From Octopus sinensis (taxonomy: Eukaryota), in assembly GCF_006345805.1 (NCBI RefSeq), contig NC_043012.1, forward strand, positions 56,358,001-56,422,000: a stretch of DNA of 64,000 nucleotides. The letters run 5' to 3'. This document shows, in pieces, positions 26,976 to 40,002 of this stretch (positions are counted from its first letter, which is position 1; each line of letters opens with the position of its first letter). The notes under the pieces are model-generated. The model was not told where the DNA came from and did no database searches. It saw nothing but the letters and a program-made list of their open reading frames with translations. The position numbers and the translations under genes are program-made.

Positions 26976-28133
26976 TTTTCCCAATTTTTTTTCTTCAAAA
27001 TATGCGGAAAAATACGGAGATTATGATTCTGAAAAACTTTCCAAAAATCTTCGTGAAATATTTTTTTAAGAATTTTTTTTTTTTTTTTTTTCTAAATATG
27101 CGGAAAAATACGGACATCATGATTCGGACAAAAATTTCAAATCATTTCTGTACTTACGGTTACGGTTTTAGGGTTAGGGTTAGGGGGTTAGTGTTGTCGA
27201 AAAAAGTCAAAATTGAATGAGTTGGGGGGAAGGGGGGGGGGGAATTTCACAATGCCGATTTTTGGCAATTTTCCTGAACCTCCGTATCCGAAAACAGGGA
27301 TTTTGGGGAAAGAAATTACAAAAATAAACAAATTTGGGAGAAAATAGGGGGGACGGGCGGAAGTCTTTCCCAGTGGTGTACTACAAGCATATCTGGGGTA
27401 GCTGTGCCACGGATTTTTAAAAATACGATCAGACTTCAGAAACAACTTAAGGCTTTATAAAATATTATTTACGGTTTTAGAAAATATAATTTAAAGATTT
27501 AAGAAACTTGTATTAATGTTTAAGTGTCTTGGAAAAAACGTATTGCTCATATTCTAATATACATCCTTAAGTGTGCACCCTCCACCCGATTTTGGTTCCT
27601 CACAACTTTCAGAAATGATATTTTCTTTTAATAAAATTTTCAACAAATATTTTCCGGGTGGTGTTGTTAACGAAGAAACAAAGTCGATGGGAGGGGACAC
27701 TTGTGTAGGTATTCACATATTTTTGCTATATTTTCAATGAGATTAATAAAACAAGGTTTTCTACAAACTTTTTTTCCAAAAATTTTAATATATAATCAAC
27801 TAAATAAATCATATATTTTCTTGATTATTTATCAAAATAATTTCATTTGCAATAATTCAGTAAAAAAGAATTTACAAAAACGTTAGCAATAAAATGGAGG
27901 AGAAAGAATAAAAGTAAATTAGCAACACATCTTTGTTTGAAAAAATTAGAGGTATGAAATGCCCGAGTAATATCTTCTTTGATCTCCAGGGCACCATGAA
28001 ATCAAAAAGGCCACTGAAATTATAAAATGTCAATTTATTTTAGCTGGTTTCAGATGTTTATATATGGACAATGGCTTGTTTGAAATCAAGTCAGAGTAAA
28101 ACCCAGTGTTTTCTTTTTTTTTTTTTTGTTTAC

Positions 28134-28920
28134 CGGGAAGACGAAATGATTAATTTAGAATGACAGAAAAATATTAGACAACATTTGTTGAAAATATAGT
28201 AAATAAGTGATGTGTGAAAATTTTTCAGTGAAAAAATACTCACCAAACTATTTTCCGAAGACTTATGTCTCAAGAGTAATTCAATAGCAACGTAATGATT
28301 AATAGCCGAGACGGGAATTACTGAGTTCGTCAAAGACCGTAATCAATCGCAATCTCTCTCTCTCACTCACTCACACACTCTCTCTCTCTCACTCACTCAC
28401 TCACACTCTCTCTCTCACTCACTCACACTCTCTCTCTCTCACTCGCTTTCTCTTTTTTTTTTATTCTTTGTAAGTTTTCAATTTTGGAGATGACGATGCT
28501 GCAAAGTTGTTTTTTTTTCAAAATTTTAAACTTTTTTTTGTCTCTTCCCAACTCATTTTCACTTTTATGTTTTCTTTTTTTTTTCGTAGATTTTTTTGAA
28601 ATTTTTTTAAAATTTATGCTTTAACATCTAAGATTATAATTCTGTATTAAGAATAAACACAAAAAGAAAATTCCCCATTATTTGACCTGTTCATCTCTTG
28701 CTGTAAATGTTAAGCTTTGACCATTATTTTCAGAATTTTTTTTTTTTTTTTTGCAGATTTACATTTATTTTTTAAATATCGGAGATTACAAATAAACAAA
28801 AGTAAACTTTTCACAAATTCTATAGTTATTTGACAGACTTTCGCCTTTTAATCGCTGCCACATAAGACAAAAATCCGCAAAAAAAATGGGGCGAAAATGT
28901 CCAATAGTTATGGAAAGGAG
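28134..28920 (-). promoter_or_regulatory. Candidate TSS / non-coding first exon region of an unidentified gene
   Basis: Non-repeat, locally CpG-retaining sequence with a (GA/GAGT)n tract at about 28353-28452 and a possible donor CCG|gtaaac at 28133. No coding homology recognised. Confidence 0.3.
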
Positions 28921-30603
28921 AAGGGGAAACAAAACATTTTTTTAAAGTCGTATAATCTTAGTTAAAATAATTCTAAATGATTGCACTCATATGTGCATCA
29001 AATATATTTGTCAAATGTATATCAAACGTATTCAGTATAACGAATTCTCTGATGATCGCTTGCCTGACATCGTCTTCGTGTGATTGCTCAAAATGTTTAC
29101 AGCTTGCTCGTAAAATTAACGTGCAAGTTGCTGAATACTCCGCAAACACGCGTACCCTTAATGTGGTTTGTAAGGGGTATTCAACGTGACACAGAATGTA
29201 ACGAGGCTGGTACTTATTCATTTTTACAAACTGAGCGAACTGGAGCAACGTGAAATAAGCATCTTGCTCAACGCACCTTGGTGAATTAAGGGTTAATTTA
29301 GCTTCTATTCCTTGATACTAGCAAACCGAACGACTTGTAGAACTTCTCTTCATACATTGTAGGAACGGACCCAAGGGGAGGAGGGGCTGAGGGGCACGTC
29401 TCTCTTCAAAAAAAGAAATGCGCCCTTCTAAATAATGTTATTACGCCTTGTATTCCCTTCTGACCTCGCGCACTCCCTTCGAAAAATTCCTGAGACTACG
29501 CCTGCATTGCAGAGCAAATGAATAGTTATTTTAAGGTCAACTGGCAGTTAGGGTCATCTTAACAGTATTATAGAACCCTAGGCAAATCAATGCACTGGGC
29601 CCTATAGTTTTTATTTGTCTGCAAGCCACATCACACATAGATTAGACTTGGGACCCGAGGCCCGAAAGGTTCTTGGGCAACTGTTCGATGTGCCCATGCC
29701 TTAAGACAGTGCGTGCAATGCCGGATGATAAACTTAAAACCATAAGCTATATTAACTTTGGAGGATATTTGCTATATATGTATGCATGTTATAACCTGTT
29801 GAGAGTTTAGCGATCTATTGTTTACTGAGTTCTTAGTTACCGTAGATAATAGCTTTCGATGTTTATACATCAATTTTTCTCTATATAGATAGATGCCTTT
29901 TTAATTATTTTGAGGTTCTTGTGGATTGTGAGGCCATGAGATAAAATACTTTTTACTAAAGCCAGTACTCCCCACCATTTCCCTAATTTTTCAGTTTTGA
30001 CTTCATCAAATTTTTCTCTTCTTTTTTCCAGATATCTATCTGCTTTATTTCGTTTTTGGATTTGGTGTGCAAGATTCTTTATATGAGTTTATGTTGAAGC
30101 ATATTCTGTTGTGTCTGGGGAGAGTCATTTTCTTTTTGTACCTTATAATGTAACACACTCACCGGTAAAATTTCTTATTTTTATTTTCCTAAAATTTTCG
30201 TTGCGTCTTGCAACCTTCTCAATAGTCTTGACTTAAAACATCTAGAATTATGATTCTCTTTCATTAGAAAATTTTCTAAAAAAAACTTTTTAATGTTTTA
30301 AAATTTCGAATATCAAAAAGTTATTCCTTCTTTTGTTTGTACATATACGCAGGTGTGGTTGTGTAATATGAAGTTTGCTTCTCAACCAAATGGTTCTGGG
30401 TTCAGTCTAAGTGCGAGGTACTTTGGACAAGTAACTTCTACAATAGACCCAGCCAAAGCCTTGTGAGTTGATTTGTTTGGTGGAAACTGAAAAAATCCAA
30501 CCGTGTGTGTGTGTGTATGTATGTGTATGTATGTATGGATGGATGGATAAGTAGGTAGGTAGATAGATAGATAGATATATGTGCGTGCTTTTGTCCCTCA
30601 TTA

Positions 30604-31136
30604 CAAGGACTGGATTTAAACCTTGGGGGACCAGAACACTTCAAATTCGGTGGACCCCCTTATGCAAAAGAATTAAAATATTGAAAATTAGCAAATTTAT
30701 ATCTCAAAACTCATCTATTACATGTAATTGTATTTGACGAGGTGGCAGAGAAAGCTTAAATAAACGACTGAAAATACACTTTTCGAAATTCAAATTTTTC
30801 ATCATATATTCACTTGCAGTGTTTGATTTTACTCCATTATGAAAAGTACAATGAAGGAGGGAAGATTGTTTTTTTCTTTAACACGAGTTACAAATGTTTC
30901 AGAATGTAGAATACGATAAAATAGCAGAAAATTACGGAAAAGAAAATATCACTTTAGTGGTTGTTGTTCAAAAGGCAAGATGAGTGTGTTTGTGCGAGGG
31001 AAGAGACAAACATTGACAAAGCATGGATTTTTTAAAACTCCTCCAGTGTTGAGTGCTACATAGCCTCCGTAGCAGGAGGGCCCTATATCTGTGGATGCCC
31101 GGGGAAATTGCACTCTTTGACCTCTATCCGGCCCTG
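30604..31136. mobile_element. hAT-like MITE inserted in a family B SINE
   Basis: Ends caaggactggat / atccggccctg (CAGGGCCGGAT-type TIR); SINE sequence resumes on both sides. No clear TSD. Confidence 0.55.
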
Positions 31137-31240
31137 CCCACCACCACTAGACAACCGTTATTGGCTTGGTTACGTTACCAGCAAAAATCGACCAGACTAA
31201 AAAATACTGAGATCGATTTGCTTGACTAAATTTTTCAATG

Positions 31241-31660
31241 GGCAATCTTTCGTCTGTAGTAGACCTTTCCGTCGATTTCCGTAAAAAATATTTTTTTTTT
31301 ACATATGGGCTTGCGGGAACTTTTGAAGTAATGAGAGCGAAAGAGACTAAGAGAAAGCGATTGTATGACGAGGGAAGTTCTTTTGAAGTTACCGTGCATG
31401 GGAAGCATTGATGTACATGTGTGTGTGTGTGTTTGATGGGATGTGGGAGACAGACAGTATGTTGTGTAAGTGAAGTGCTTCTGTTAGTGTGTGTGAAGAG
31501 ACAGAGTAATGTGTGAAAGAAAGAGATAACTGAAATTGTTTACTCGGTGTATGTGTATATGTATGTATATTACTTCAAAAGTTCCCGCAAGCCCATATGT
31601 AAAAAAAAAAATTTTTTAATGGAAATCGACGGAAAGGTCTACTAGAGACGAAAGATCGCC
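31241..31660. mobile_element. MITE with about 90-bp near-perfect TIRs (GGC...GCC) inserted in the same SINE
   Basis: ggcaatctttcgtctgtagtagacctttccgtcgatttcc... is mirrored at the right end; duplicated flank tttcaat(g), 7-9 bp depending on the end chosen. Confidence 0.9.
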
Positions 31661-32185
31661 CTTTCAATGTGGTGCCCCAGCATGACCGCAGACTAATGAT
31701 TGAAACGAGTAAAAGATAAAATATCTGCTCAATCTATTGGACTGCTTACTTTTCATTTTGAAAAATAAACAAGAACATTCTATTTCAGGCGATACCTCTT
31801 GAAACAATAATACAAAGCATTTATTTTTAATAAAACTAATTTCATATTGAATGAATTGAAATAAATCAACATAAAAATAAGAGTGAAACTGAATACTTGG
31901 TTTTCTGCCAAATCTTGATTGATTCGTAAAATCGTTTCAATGCAGACTTATTTCTTTTATTTTTATAATCCAGAAATTGACAGAAAATCGTAACATGGGT
32001 ACTAAATATTTAAATCCAATAAACGAATGACAGAAATACATCGCAGCCATGGTATAAATTGGGAACGAGGGAGATCAGAGGTTTAACCGCCAATCTATAA
32101 TCTATCTATTTCAGAATCGTAATCTACGATATATAAAACATACATGTCCGAAAATTTACGGTTTAGTGGCAGGGGAACACTAGAT

Positions 32186-32889
32186 GGATTTTTTCGGTTT
32201 GAACGGCAGTTTTTTTTAAAATAATTTCTTTGTAACCAAACACTTTTAAACTTCGTATACTGGTAGAATGTGTTTATAAAACATCTTTTTCTCTTGGCTT
32301 TCTTGAGAAAATTCTGTAGTTTGTAAGATATTTGTAAGATATTTTCTTCAATTTTGGTAATTTCAATCAATCAATGACGTCTATTGAGGTGAAAACATTA
32401 TCTGCCTTAAAATTTTCTGGCGGTGAAATATGAAAATGTCCCTCGTTTAAGAAACAGATTGGGTTTATTTACATTTCTGAAGAAAACAAGATACCCTTCC
32501 CCCCAGCCCTAGCCCTAACCTAAACCCTAACCTTAACCTTAACCCTAACCCTAACCCTAACCCTAACCCTAACCCTAAAACAGATTGAAATGCAATAGAT
32601 CGATACTAGGGTCATAATTATGGGTGGACACTAAAGAGGGAACGGTTTTGTTATCCAGCTCTGTTTACGAGTGACCCCTCAGTTTATGGCCACAGGGTAT
32701 CTTTTTTCCTCATAAATAACAGGGACATTTACATATGATGCCGCCATATCTTACAAACTATAGAATTTTCTCAAGAAAGCCAAGAGAAAAAGATGTTTTA
32801 TAAACACATTCTACCAGTATATGAATTTAAATTTTTTTTAGTTACATAGAAATTATTTTAAAAAACTGCCGTTCAAACCGAAAAGATCC
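32186..32889. mobile_element. Foldback MITE (Merlin-like), 8-bp TSD cactagat, carrying about 12 CCCTAA-type units
   Basis: TIRs ggattttttcggtttgaacggcag / ctgccgttcaaaccgaaaagatcc; perfect TSD. Confidence 0.92.
32507..32578 (-). repeat. Interstitial telomeric repeat (TTAGGG)n inside a MITE
   Basis: Six perfect CCCTAA units (32543-32578), preceded by six more that are mostly variants. Confidence 0.95.
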
Positions 32890-33308
32890 CACTAGATAAT
32901 TTCTGACTATGTTCTATAGGAATACAACAAACTGTTTTGTCAAAAAGACAAAATGTCTTTCACAACTGAATGTTTCAGTGAGAGGCGGGATGTTTCGTTT
33001 TGATTTGAACATCACTAAAGTCGACGGAATTTGATTTTACAATTCCTTTTTAATTTTTGACACAAGACCAGCAATTTTGAGAGGAGGGTGAAATCGATTA
33101 CATCATCCCCAGTGCTTAACTGGTACTTTATTTTATTGACCCCGAAAGGACGAAAAGCGAAGTTGGCCATGGCGGAATTTGAAGTTAAAATGTACAGAGC
33201 CGGAAGAAATGCTGTTAAGCATTTTGTCCGGTGATAACAAGTGGTTTGATTTTACAATTACCATTTTGTTACTTTAGGTTTGTATCACTTTTGGTTCACT
33301 TCAAACGA

Positions 33309-34214
33309 GGATCTTTTCACTTTGACTGGCAGATTTAAAAAATAATTTCTTTGTAACTAAACACTTTTAAACTTCGTATACTGGTAGAATATGTTACATA
33401 AAACATCTTTTTCTCTTGGCTTTCTTGAGAAAATTCTGTAGTTTGTAAGCTATTTGTTGTTTAATTTCTGGCATTTCGGCAATTTCAACCAATCAATGAC
33501 GTCTATTGAGGTGAATACAATTTCTGCCATAACATTTTCTGGCAGTGTCATATCAATGTGTCACTGTTATTTATGACATATTTCATCTCAGTTACGTTCG
33601 TATGAATAAAAGGTTATCGTTATTAAACTTTTATTAATAAACACATATTCTAAGTTCACAACATATGCAGTTTTAATTTCCCTTTCTGTTGCACAGATAC
33701 ACACATTACATATTATATATTCGTTTAAGAAACAGATTAGGTTTATTTACATTTCTGAAGAAAAAAAGATACCCTTCCCCCACCCCTAACCCTAACCCTA
33801 ACCCTAAAACAAATTGAAATGCAATAAATCGATACTAGGGTCATAATTATGAGTGGACATTAAAGAGGGAACAGTTTTGTTATCCAGCTCTGATTACAAG
33901 TGACCCTTCAGTTTATGGCCACAGGGTATCTTTTTTCTCATAAATAACAGTGACACATTGATATGACACCGCCAGAAAATGTTACGGCAGAAATTGTATT
34001 CACCTCAATAGACATCATTGATTGGTTGAAATTGCCGAAATGCAAGAAATTAAACAACAAATACCTTACAAACTACAGAATTTTCTCAAGAAAGCCAAGA
34101 GAAAAAGATGTTTTATCTAACACACAGTTTTATGTAACATAGTCTACAAGGTTTAAAAGTGTTTAGTTACAAAGAAATTATTTTAAAAATCTGCCGGTCA
34201 AAGTGAAAAGATCC
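33309..34214. mobile_element. Foldback MITE (Merlin-like), 8-bp TSD tcaaacga, with (CCCTAA)4
   Basis: About 270-bp TIRs ggatcttttcactttgac...gtcaaagtgaaaagatcc; perfect TSD; CCCTAA x4 at 33784-33807. Confidence 0.93.
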
Positions 34215-34851
34215 TCAAACGAAAATACATTTTCTCGTTTTTAATTTTTGTCCCTGTTGAATTTCCAGCAAACTACGATCTTTGACAGCTTCTAAGGTTC
34301 CGCTTTCTCAATAATATGAAAGTAAAATGATGAATTTTCATTTGTACTCAATTCTAACTCGACAATGGAATGTAAGTGAGAGAATGATTTACTTTAAAAC
34401 TGAAAGTTTATTTCGAAATTGTTTATATGTAGAAGAAATGGCTGAGCTTGTTACACTGCAACAAGCACCCATGAGAATTATGGTCATCATCAACAGCGAC
34501 GTATTTGACTGAAAGGAATTATGCTGTATGGGATATTAGTATTAACACAATGAACTTTAAAAATACAATAATCTTTCTTGCTTATTCTGGGACCTTTAGT
34601 AATGTTAGGCTTCAGTTAAATGGCTCCCACAATAATTATCTTGTCTAATTGTTATATTCTGTGACGCATAGGTGCAGGAGTGGCTGTGTGGTAAGTAGCT
34701 TGCTTACCAACCACATGGTTCCGGGTTCAGTCCCACTGCGTGGCACCTTGGGTAAGTGTCTTCTGCTATAGCCTCGGGCCGACCAAAGCCTTGTGAGTGG
34801 ATTTGGTAGACGGAAACTGAAAGAAGCCCGTCGTATATATGTATATATATA

Positions 34852-35246
34852 TTAGCAGTATCGTCCAGCGTTGCTCGGGTTTGTAAGGGAAATAACTATA
34901 TAAACATTTTTAGAGATGTAAAGTATAATAGCCATCTCAATATGGTTAACCACAAAGTGGGGTGTTACTGTAGCTTTTTACGTTTTGAGATTTAATAATA
35001 CATTTTTAGAGAGTTACTTCCCTTATATATGCCAAAAATGCATTAAAAATGGGAAAAAATGATGGTAAATTTTTTTTTAAATTGTAGACTCATCGTAAAC
35101 GTGCACTAATACCCAGAAGGGCTTGATATGAATCACGACTATAAGATACCCGCTTTTGGTTAAACTGCACCGCAAAATGTGGGAGTAGTTAGGAATCTAA
35201 ATCGTAGGAAACAGACACCACACAACCTCACTTTTATATATATAGA
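34852..35246 (-). mobile_element. Non-autonomous Helitron inserted in the microsatellite of a family B SINE
   Basis: Minus strand A|TCTATATATATAAAAG ... CCCGAGCAACGCTGG (imperfect hairpin) ... CTAA|T: 5' TC, 3' CTRR, A|T target, no TSD. Confidence 0.8.
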
Positions 35247-35697
35247 TATGTGTATGTGTGTGTTTGTGTGTTTGTGTTCGTCCCCTCAACATCGCTTGAC
35301 AACCAATGCTGGTGTGTTTACATCCCCGTAACTTAGCGGTTCGGCAAAAAGAGACCGATAAAATAAGTACTAGGCTTACAAAGAATAAGTCCTGGGGTTG
35401 ATTTGATCGACTAAAGGCGGTGCTCCAGCATGGCCACAGTCAAATGACTGAAATAAGTAAAAGAGTAAAAGAGTATCATTTTCCCACAAAATTTGAATTT
35501 TACAATTACATCAGTTTTGTATCACTTCTATTTCATTTCAAAGAAAATTCTTCCCCTTTGGTTTCAGTGCTGAATTGCCGGAAAATTACGATCTCTACCG
35601 ACTTTAATGGTTTCACTTTCTGGACCATAAAGCAAAGCATCGCCTTTACTTTTTCGTTTTTGGTGAGAGATGTAAAGTTTATATTAATAACAATGAA

Positions 35698-36112
35698 GGA
35701 TCTTTTCGGTTTGAACGGCAGTTTTTTCTAGCGGTGTCATGTGAAATTGTCACCCATAATTATGACCCTAGTATCAATCTATTGCATTTCAATCTGTTTT
35801 ATGGTTAGGGTTAGGGGTGGGGGGAAGGGTATCTCTTTTCTTCACAAATGTAAATAAACCCAATCTGTTTCTTAAACGGGGGACATATTCATACGGCACA
35901 GAATGTTATTCACCTCAATAGACATCATTGATTGGTTGAAATTGCAGAAATTGAAGAAAAAACAACAAATATCTTACAAACTATAGAATTTTCTCAATAA
36001 AGCCAAGAGAAAAAGATGTTTTATAAACTCATTCTACCAGTATACGAAGTTTAAAAGTGTTTAGTTACGTGGAAATTATTTTAAAAAACTGCCGTTCAAA
36101 CCGAAAAGATCC
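35698..36112. mobile_element. Short member of the GGATCTTTT MITE family with (TTAGGG)2
   Basis: TIRs ggatcttttcggtttgaacggcagttttt at both ends; flanks acaatgaa / acagtgaa. Confidence 0.9.
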
Positions 36113-39100
36113 ACAGTGAATAATTGTCTAAAATATCTTTTAGTGACATATAGTTTTCAGTGACATCCTCTCAAGATTTTGTTTTACCTTTGTCACGGCC
36201 AGGAAAAAGGAATCTAAATTTTGTTATGATCCTCAATGTTCCTGTATACTCTTTACTCTTTTACTTGTTTCAGTCATTTGATTGTGGCCATGCTGAAGCA
36301 CCGCCTTTAGTCGAGCAAATCGACTCCAGGACTTATTCTTTGTAAGTCTAGTACTTATTCCGTGCTAGTGGAGCACTAAGAGCACCATCCGGGCATGATC
36401 GTTACCAGAGTGGCTAACTGGCGCTCATGCCAGTGGTACATAAAAAGCACCATTCAAGCGTAACCGTTACAAGTGTCGCCTTACAGGCACTTGTGCCGGT
36501 GTGCAGGTAGCACATAAAAAAACAAAATGTTTTCGTGGCCGTTGCCAGTACCGCCTGACTGGCCCTCGTGCCTGTGGCACGTAAAAGCACCCACTACACT
36601 GTCAGAGTGGTTTGCGTTAGGAAGGGCATCCAGCTGTAGAAAATCTGCCAGATCAAGATTGGAGCCTGGTGCAGCCATCTGGTTCGCCAGACCTCAGTCA
36701 AATTGTCGAACCCATACTAGCATGGAAAGCAGACATTAAACAATGATGATGATATATATAAATATATACATAAATATATATATATATATATATTATATTA
36801 AATTAGAGATAAAACCATATTAGGCAAATCAAACAATGAAAAACATAAGCCAATACATAAAATTAATTAATTTATATTATTTAAAATATATATCAAAAGT
36901 ATTAAAATTTAATAAAAGATAAAGATACATATGGCAGATGTGTTGCACATGTATGTTAAACAATGATTTCTGGTACAAAACAGAAGGTGCACACAGGATT
37001 GCACAAATGTCTCCAAAAATTCTAATGTATGTTCCACATTAGTCAGAATTTCTGTTTTCTGTTGGGTTTTTTTTTTTTTTCAGGATTTTCCCAAATTTCT
37101 TAGAATGCCACATTTCAAAGCAATAAGAGGAAGCTTAATTTTTTTTTTCATGTGTTTTACCATCCCAACCACCCTCATCGTGATTTGGGAGCAACAGCCA
37201 CCACTAAAATATTTTTTCTTTTCTTTTTTAGTCCTTTTGTGTTATTTCTTGTTATTTTATTATATTCCACATTCTGAAACACTTGTTATTTGCATTTAAT
37301 GAAAGAAAAACTACCCCTTCTCCCTCCCCCCACCCCCACCTTCTTCCTTCATTGTACCTTTCAAAATTAAAATTGATTTTTGGTTTCTTTTTTTCAATAT
37401 TTTCTGTCTGCTTCTTTTTGCACACTTTTGCCAATCTGTAAAATCTTTTTTTTTCCTTTTTGAATGCATCACATAAAGTAAAGAAACCATATTTATCACG
37501 TGTTAATTATTTTTTAACTCCAGAATTACATTTTTTTCACACTTTTTGCCAGTCTGTAAAATGAAATTTTTTTTTACACGACAAACATTAAATGAATTAA
37601 GAGCAAAACAAGAATTTATTGACAGTTATCTGAATTCAGTGTTTGCGTTGATAGCAAACTTGAATGACTTTTTTCCATTAAGATGTTTCAACACACAGAC
37701 AAGAAAATTATGACCCCATTTCCCCAAGAAAAAAATATTCACTTAGAAAATGTCCAGACAGAAAGAAAAAGAAATTGACATAATTCTCATCACACTAAAT
37801 TTTACATAGATTTTTTTTTTTTCATTTCCCAATTGAGACAAAATTGTGGCTTGGTCACGCTTCACTTCAAGACGCCATCAAGATGCCAGTGATCAGCTAC
37901 TGTCCTTCTTTTCAAGGTATCAATATTACTTGACAAGTAAGGTAGGGAGTTGGCAGAATAGTCAGCAAAGGGCTTAGCTGCATTTTATCTGTCTTTACAT
38001 TCTGAGTTCACATACCACCAGGGTCAACTTTGCCTTTCATCCTTTTGTGGTTGAGCACTGGGGTTGGTGTAATCGACTTGTCCTCTTCTCTGAAACTGCA
38101 GGCCTTGTGCCAAACTCTGAAACCAATATTTCTTGATAAGAGTCTCTTCCAATGTGTTTCAGTAGTGGATAACCTGTTCTCTCAGAGAGTGCTAATGCAA
38201 AATATTTTATCAAAGACTTTCCATGTGTGAAAAATAAAATTAGAATTCTGAAAGAATCTTATATATAAATGGCAATTTCTGTCTGTCTGTTATCATCTTG
38301 CTGCCTATACCAGTAAACCAATCTTCACAAAACTTTGCATACATGTTAAACTGGCATCCAGTTCAATTATAGGCTAATTGGATTTCAATAAAAATCAATA
38401 ATGCCCCCCACACACACACCTACAGGGGTTGGGCTATTATATGATAAAATGATAAGGGTACAGAGAGTGTTTGGTTGAGGGAAATATGGTGGCATAATGA
38501 AGGTGGAAGTGGAGGAGACAGGGACAGATCAGGAGAGAGAATGTGTTTACTGAAGGGAACAGTGAATTTTAATACTTTGTTCTTTAATTTTTACCTATCC
38601 CTCTGAATTCTAAAGGGTTAAACTGAGTTAATTACTGTTTTATAATATATTTTATAGACATAAATTGCATCTTAGAATTTTGTAGACATTCAGGAATTCT
38701 CACTGCACAACACTTTGGGCAAGTATCAACCAAAGCCTTGTGAGTGGATTTAATAGACTGAAACTGAAAGAAACCCATCATGTGTGTGTGTGTGTATGTA
38801 TGTGTGTCTCACCGTTTGATGACTGGTGTTCATTTGTTTACATCCCTTTAACTTAGCAGTGTCGCAAAAAGAGACTCTACTTAAGACAGGCTTAAGACAA
38901 AATAAGTTCTGGAGACGAATTGTCTGACTAAACCATTTGAGGTGTAAAACAAATAAAAGATAAAAGAAAAGACAAAAACAAGAATTCATGAACACACTGA
39001 CCTGATTTCAGTATTTACATCGACATAATTCCCATCAAATTGAATTTTACACAGACTTTTTTTGTCTCCTACACAAGACAAATTAGAAATATACTAAGTT

Positions 39101-39887
39101 AGAACAAGTGTTGCAATTACCTGTTGCTATGATAGAGGGGAAAACAAGTGATATTTTTGGTCTCATTATACTTTTCTTCAATTAGAAATATTTTATCCAT
39201 TTTAAACAAATGAAATTATCATTTTATATATAACTAGCTGAATTACTCTGTCAAATGTAATACATATTCATTCATATTGATGTGAATTAATCATGCATTA
39301 TCTTATAGCTTTGAGATTTCACATGCTAAGAGTTGTTGAAGTATGGAACAAACTGCCAGCATCAGTTGTTAGTTGTCAGAGCACTGCATCCTTCAAAACT
39401 TCCATGCTTCCTGAGATTCGCCAACACTACACCTTATTTTCTCCCCTCCATACACATGCAAGCATGTATCTGACTCATTCACTGTTCACTTTCCAGACAT
39501 TTGTACATTACTGCATATGCTTTATACGCGCTTTTGACAAGTTGTGGTGCACCTGAGCACTGTATACAATAATTTCATTATTATTATTATATGTCATTGT
39601 TAATTTTTCAATGACATTGTATGGTAGGTGTGAGAGGCCAGATCTAGTCAGTTTGAACATAAAACAGAAAACTTTGGGCCAGATATTGCCAGTTTAAATA
39701 CTAAAGGGTTAGTTGATCTTAGTGGTCACTTGTATAAAATAATCATTTATTTGCAAATTGTGTGAATGTAGCATATTGTTTCCATGTGGTCCATTTTATT
39801 TTATATCAGAGGTTGTTGTTTCCCGTAAGATGTAATCGTTTTGATGCTAACTTACTCAAGATTACCCCTGGTTCTCTCATACATATT

Positions 39888-40002
39888 CCGTTTTAAAATG
39901 ATCGAATTAAAAATTTTCCTGTTTTAAAATGATCTAATTAAAAATTCCTGTTTTAAAATGATCTAATTAAAAATTTTTAAATAATCTAATTAAAAATTTT
40001 CT
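39888..40002. repeat. About 30-bp AT-rich tandem repeat, 3-4 copies
   Basis: Unit gttttaaaatgatctaattaaaaatt(tt)cct. Confidence 0.8.

Noticed and set aside
32507-32578. True telomere or chromosome fusion scar
   Set aside because: The tract is short and lies inside a TIR element with a perfect TSD, at the same internal position as in sibling elements.
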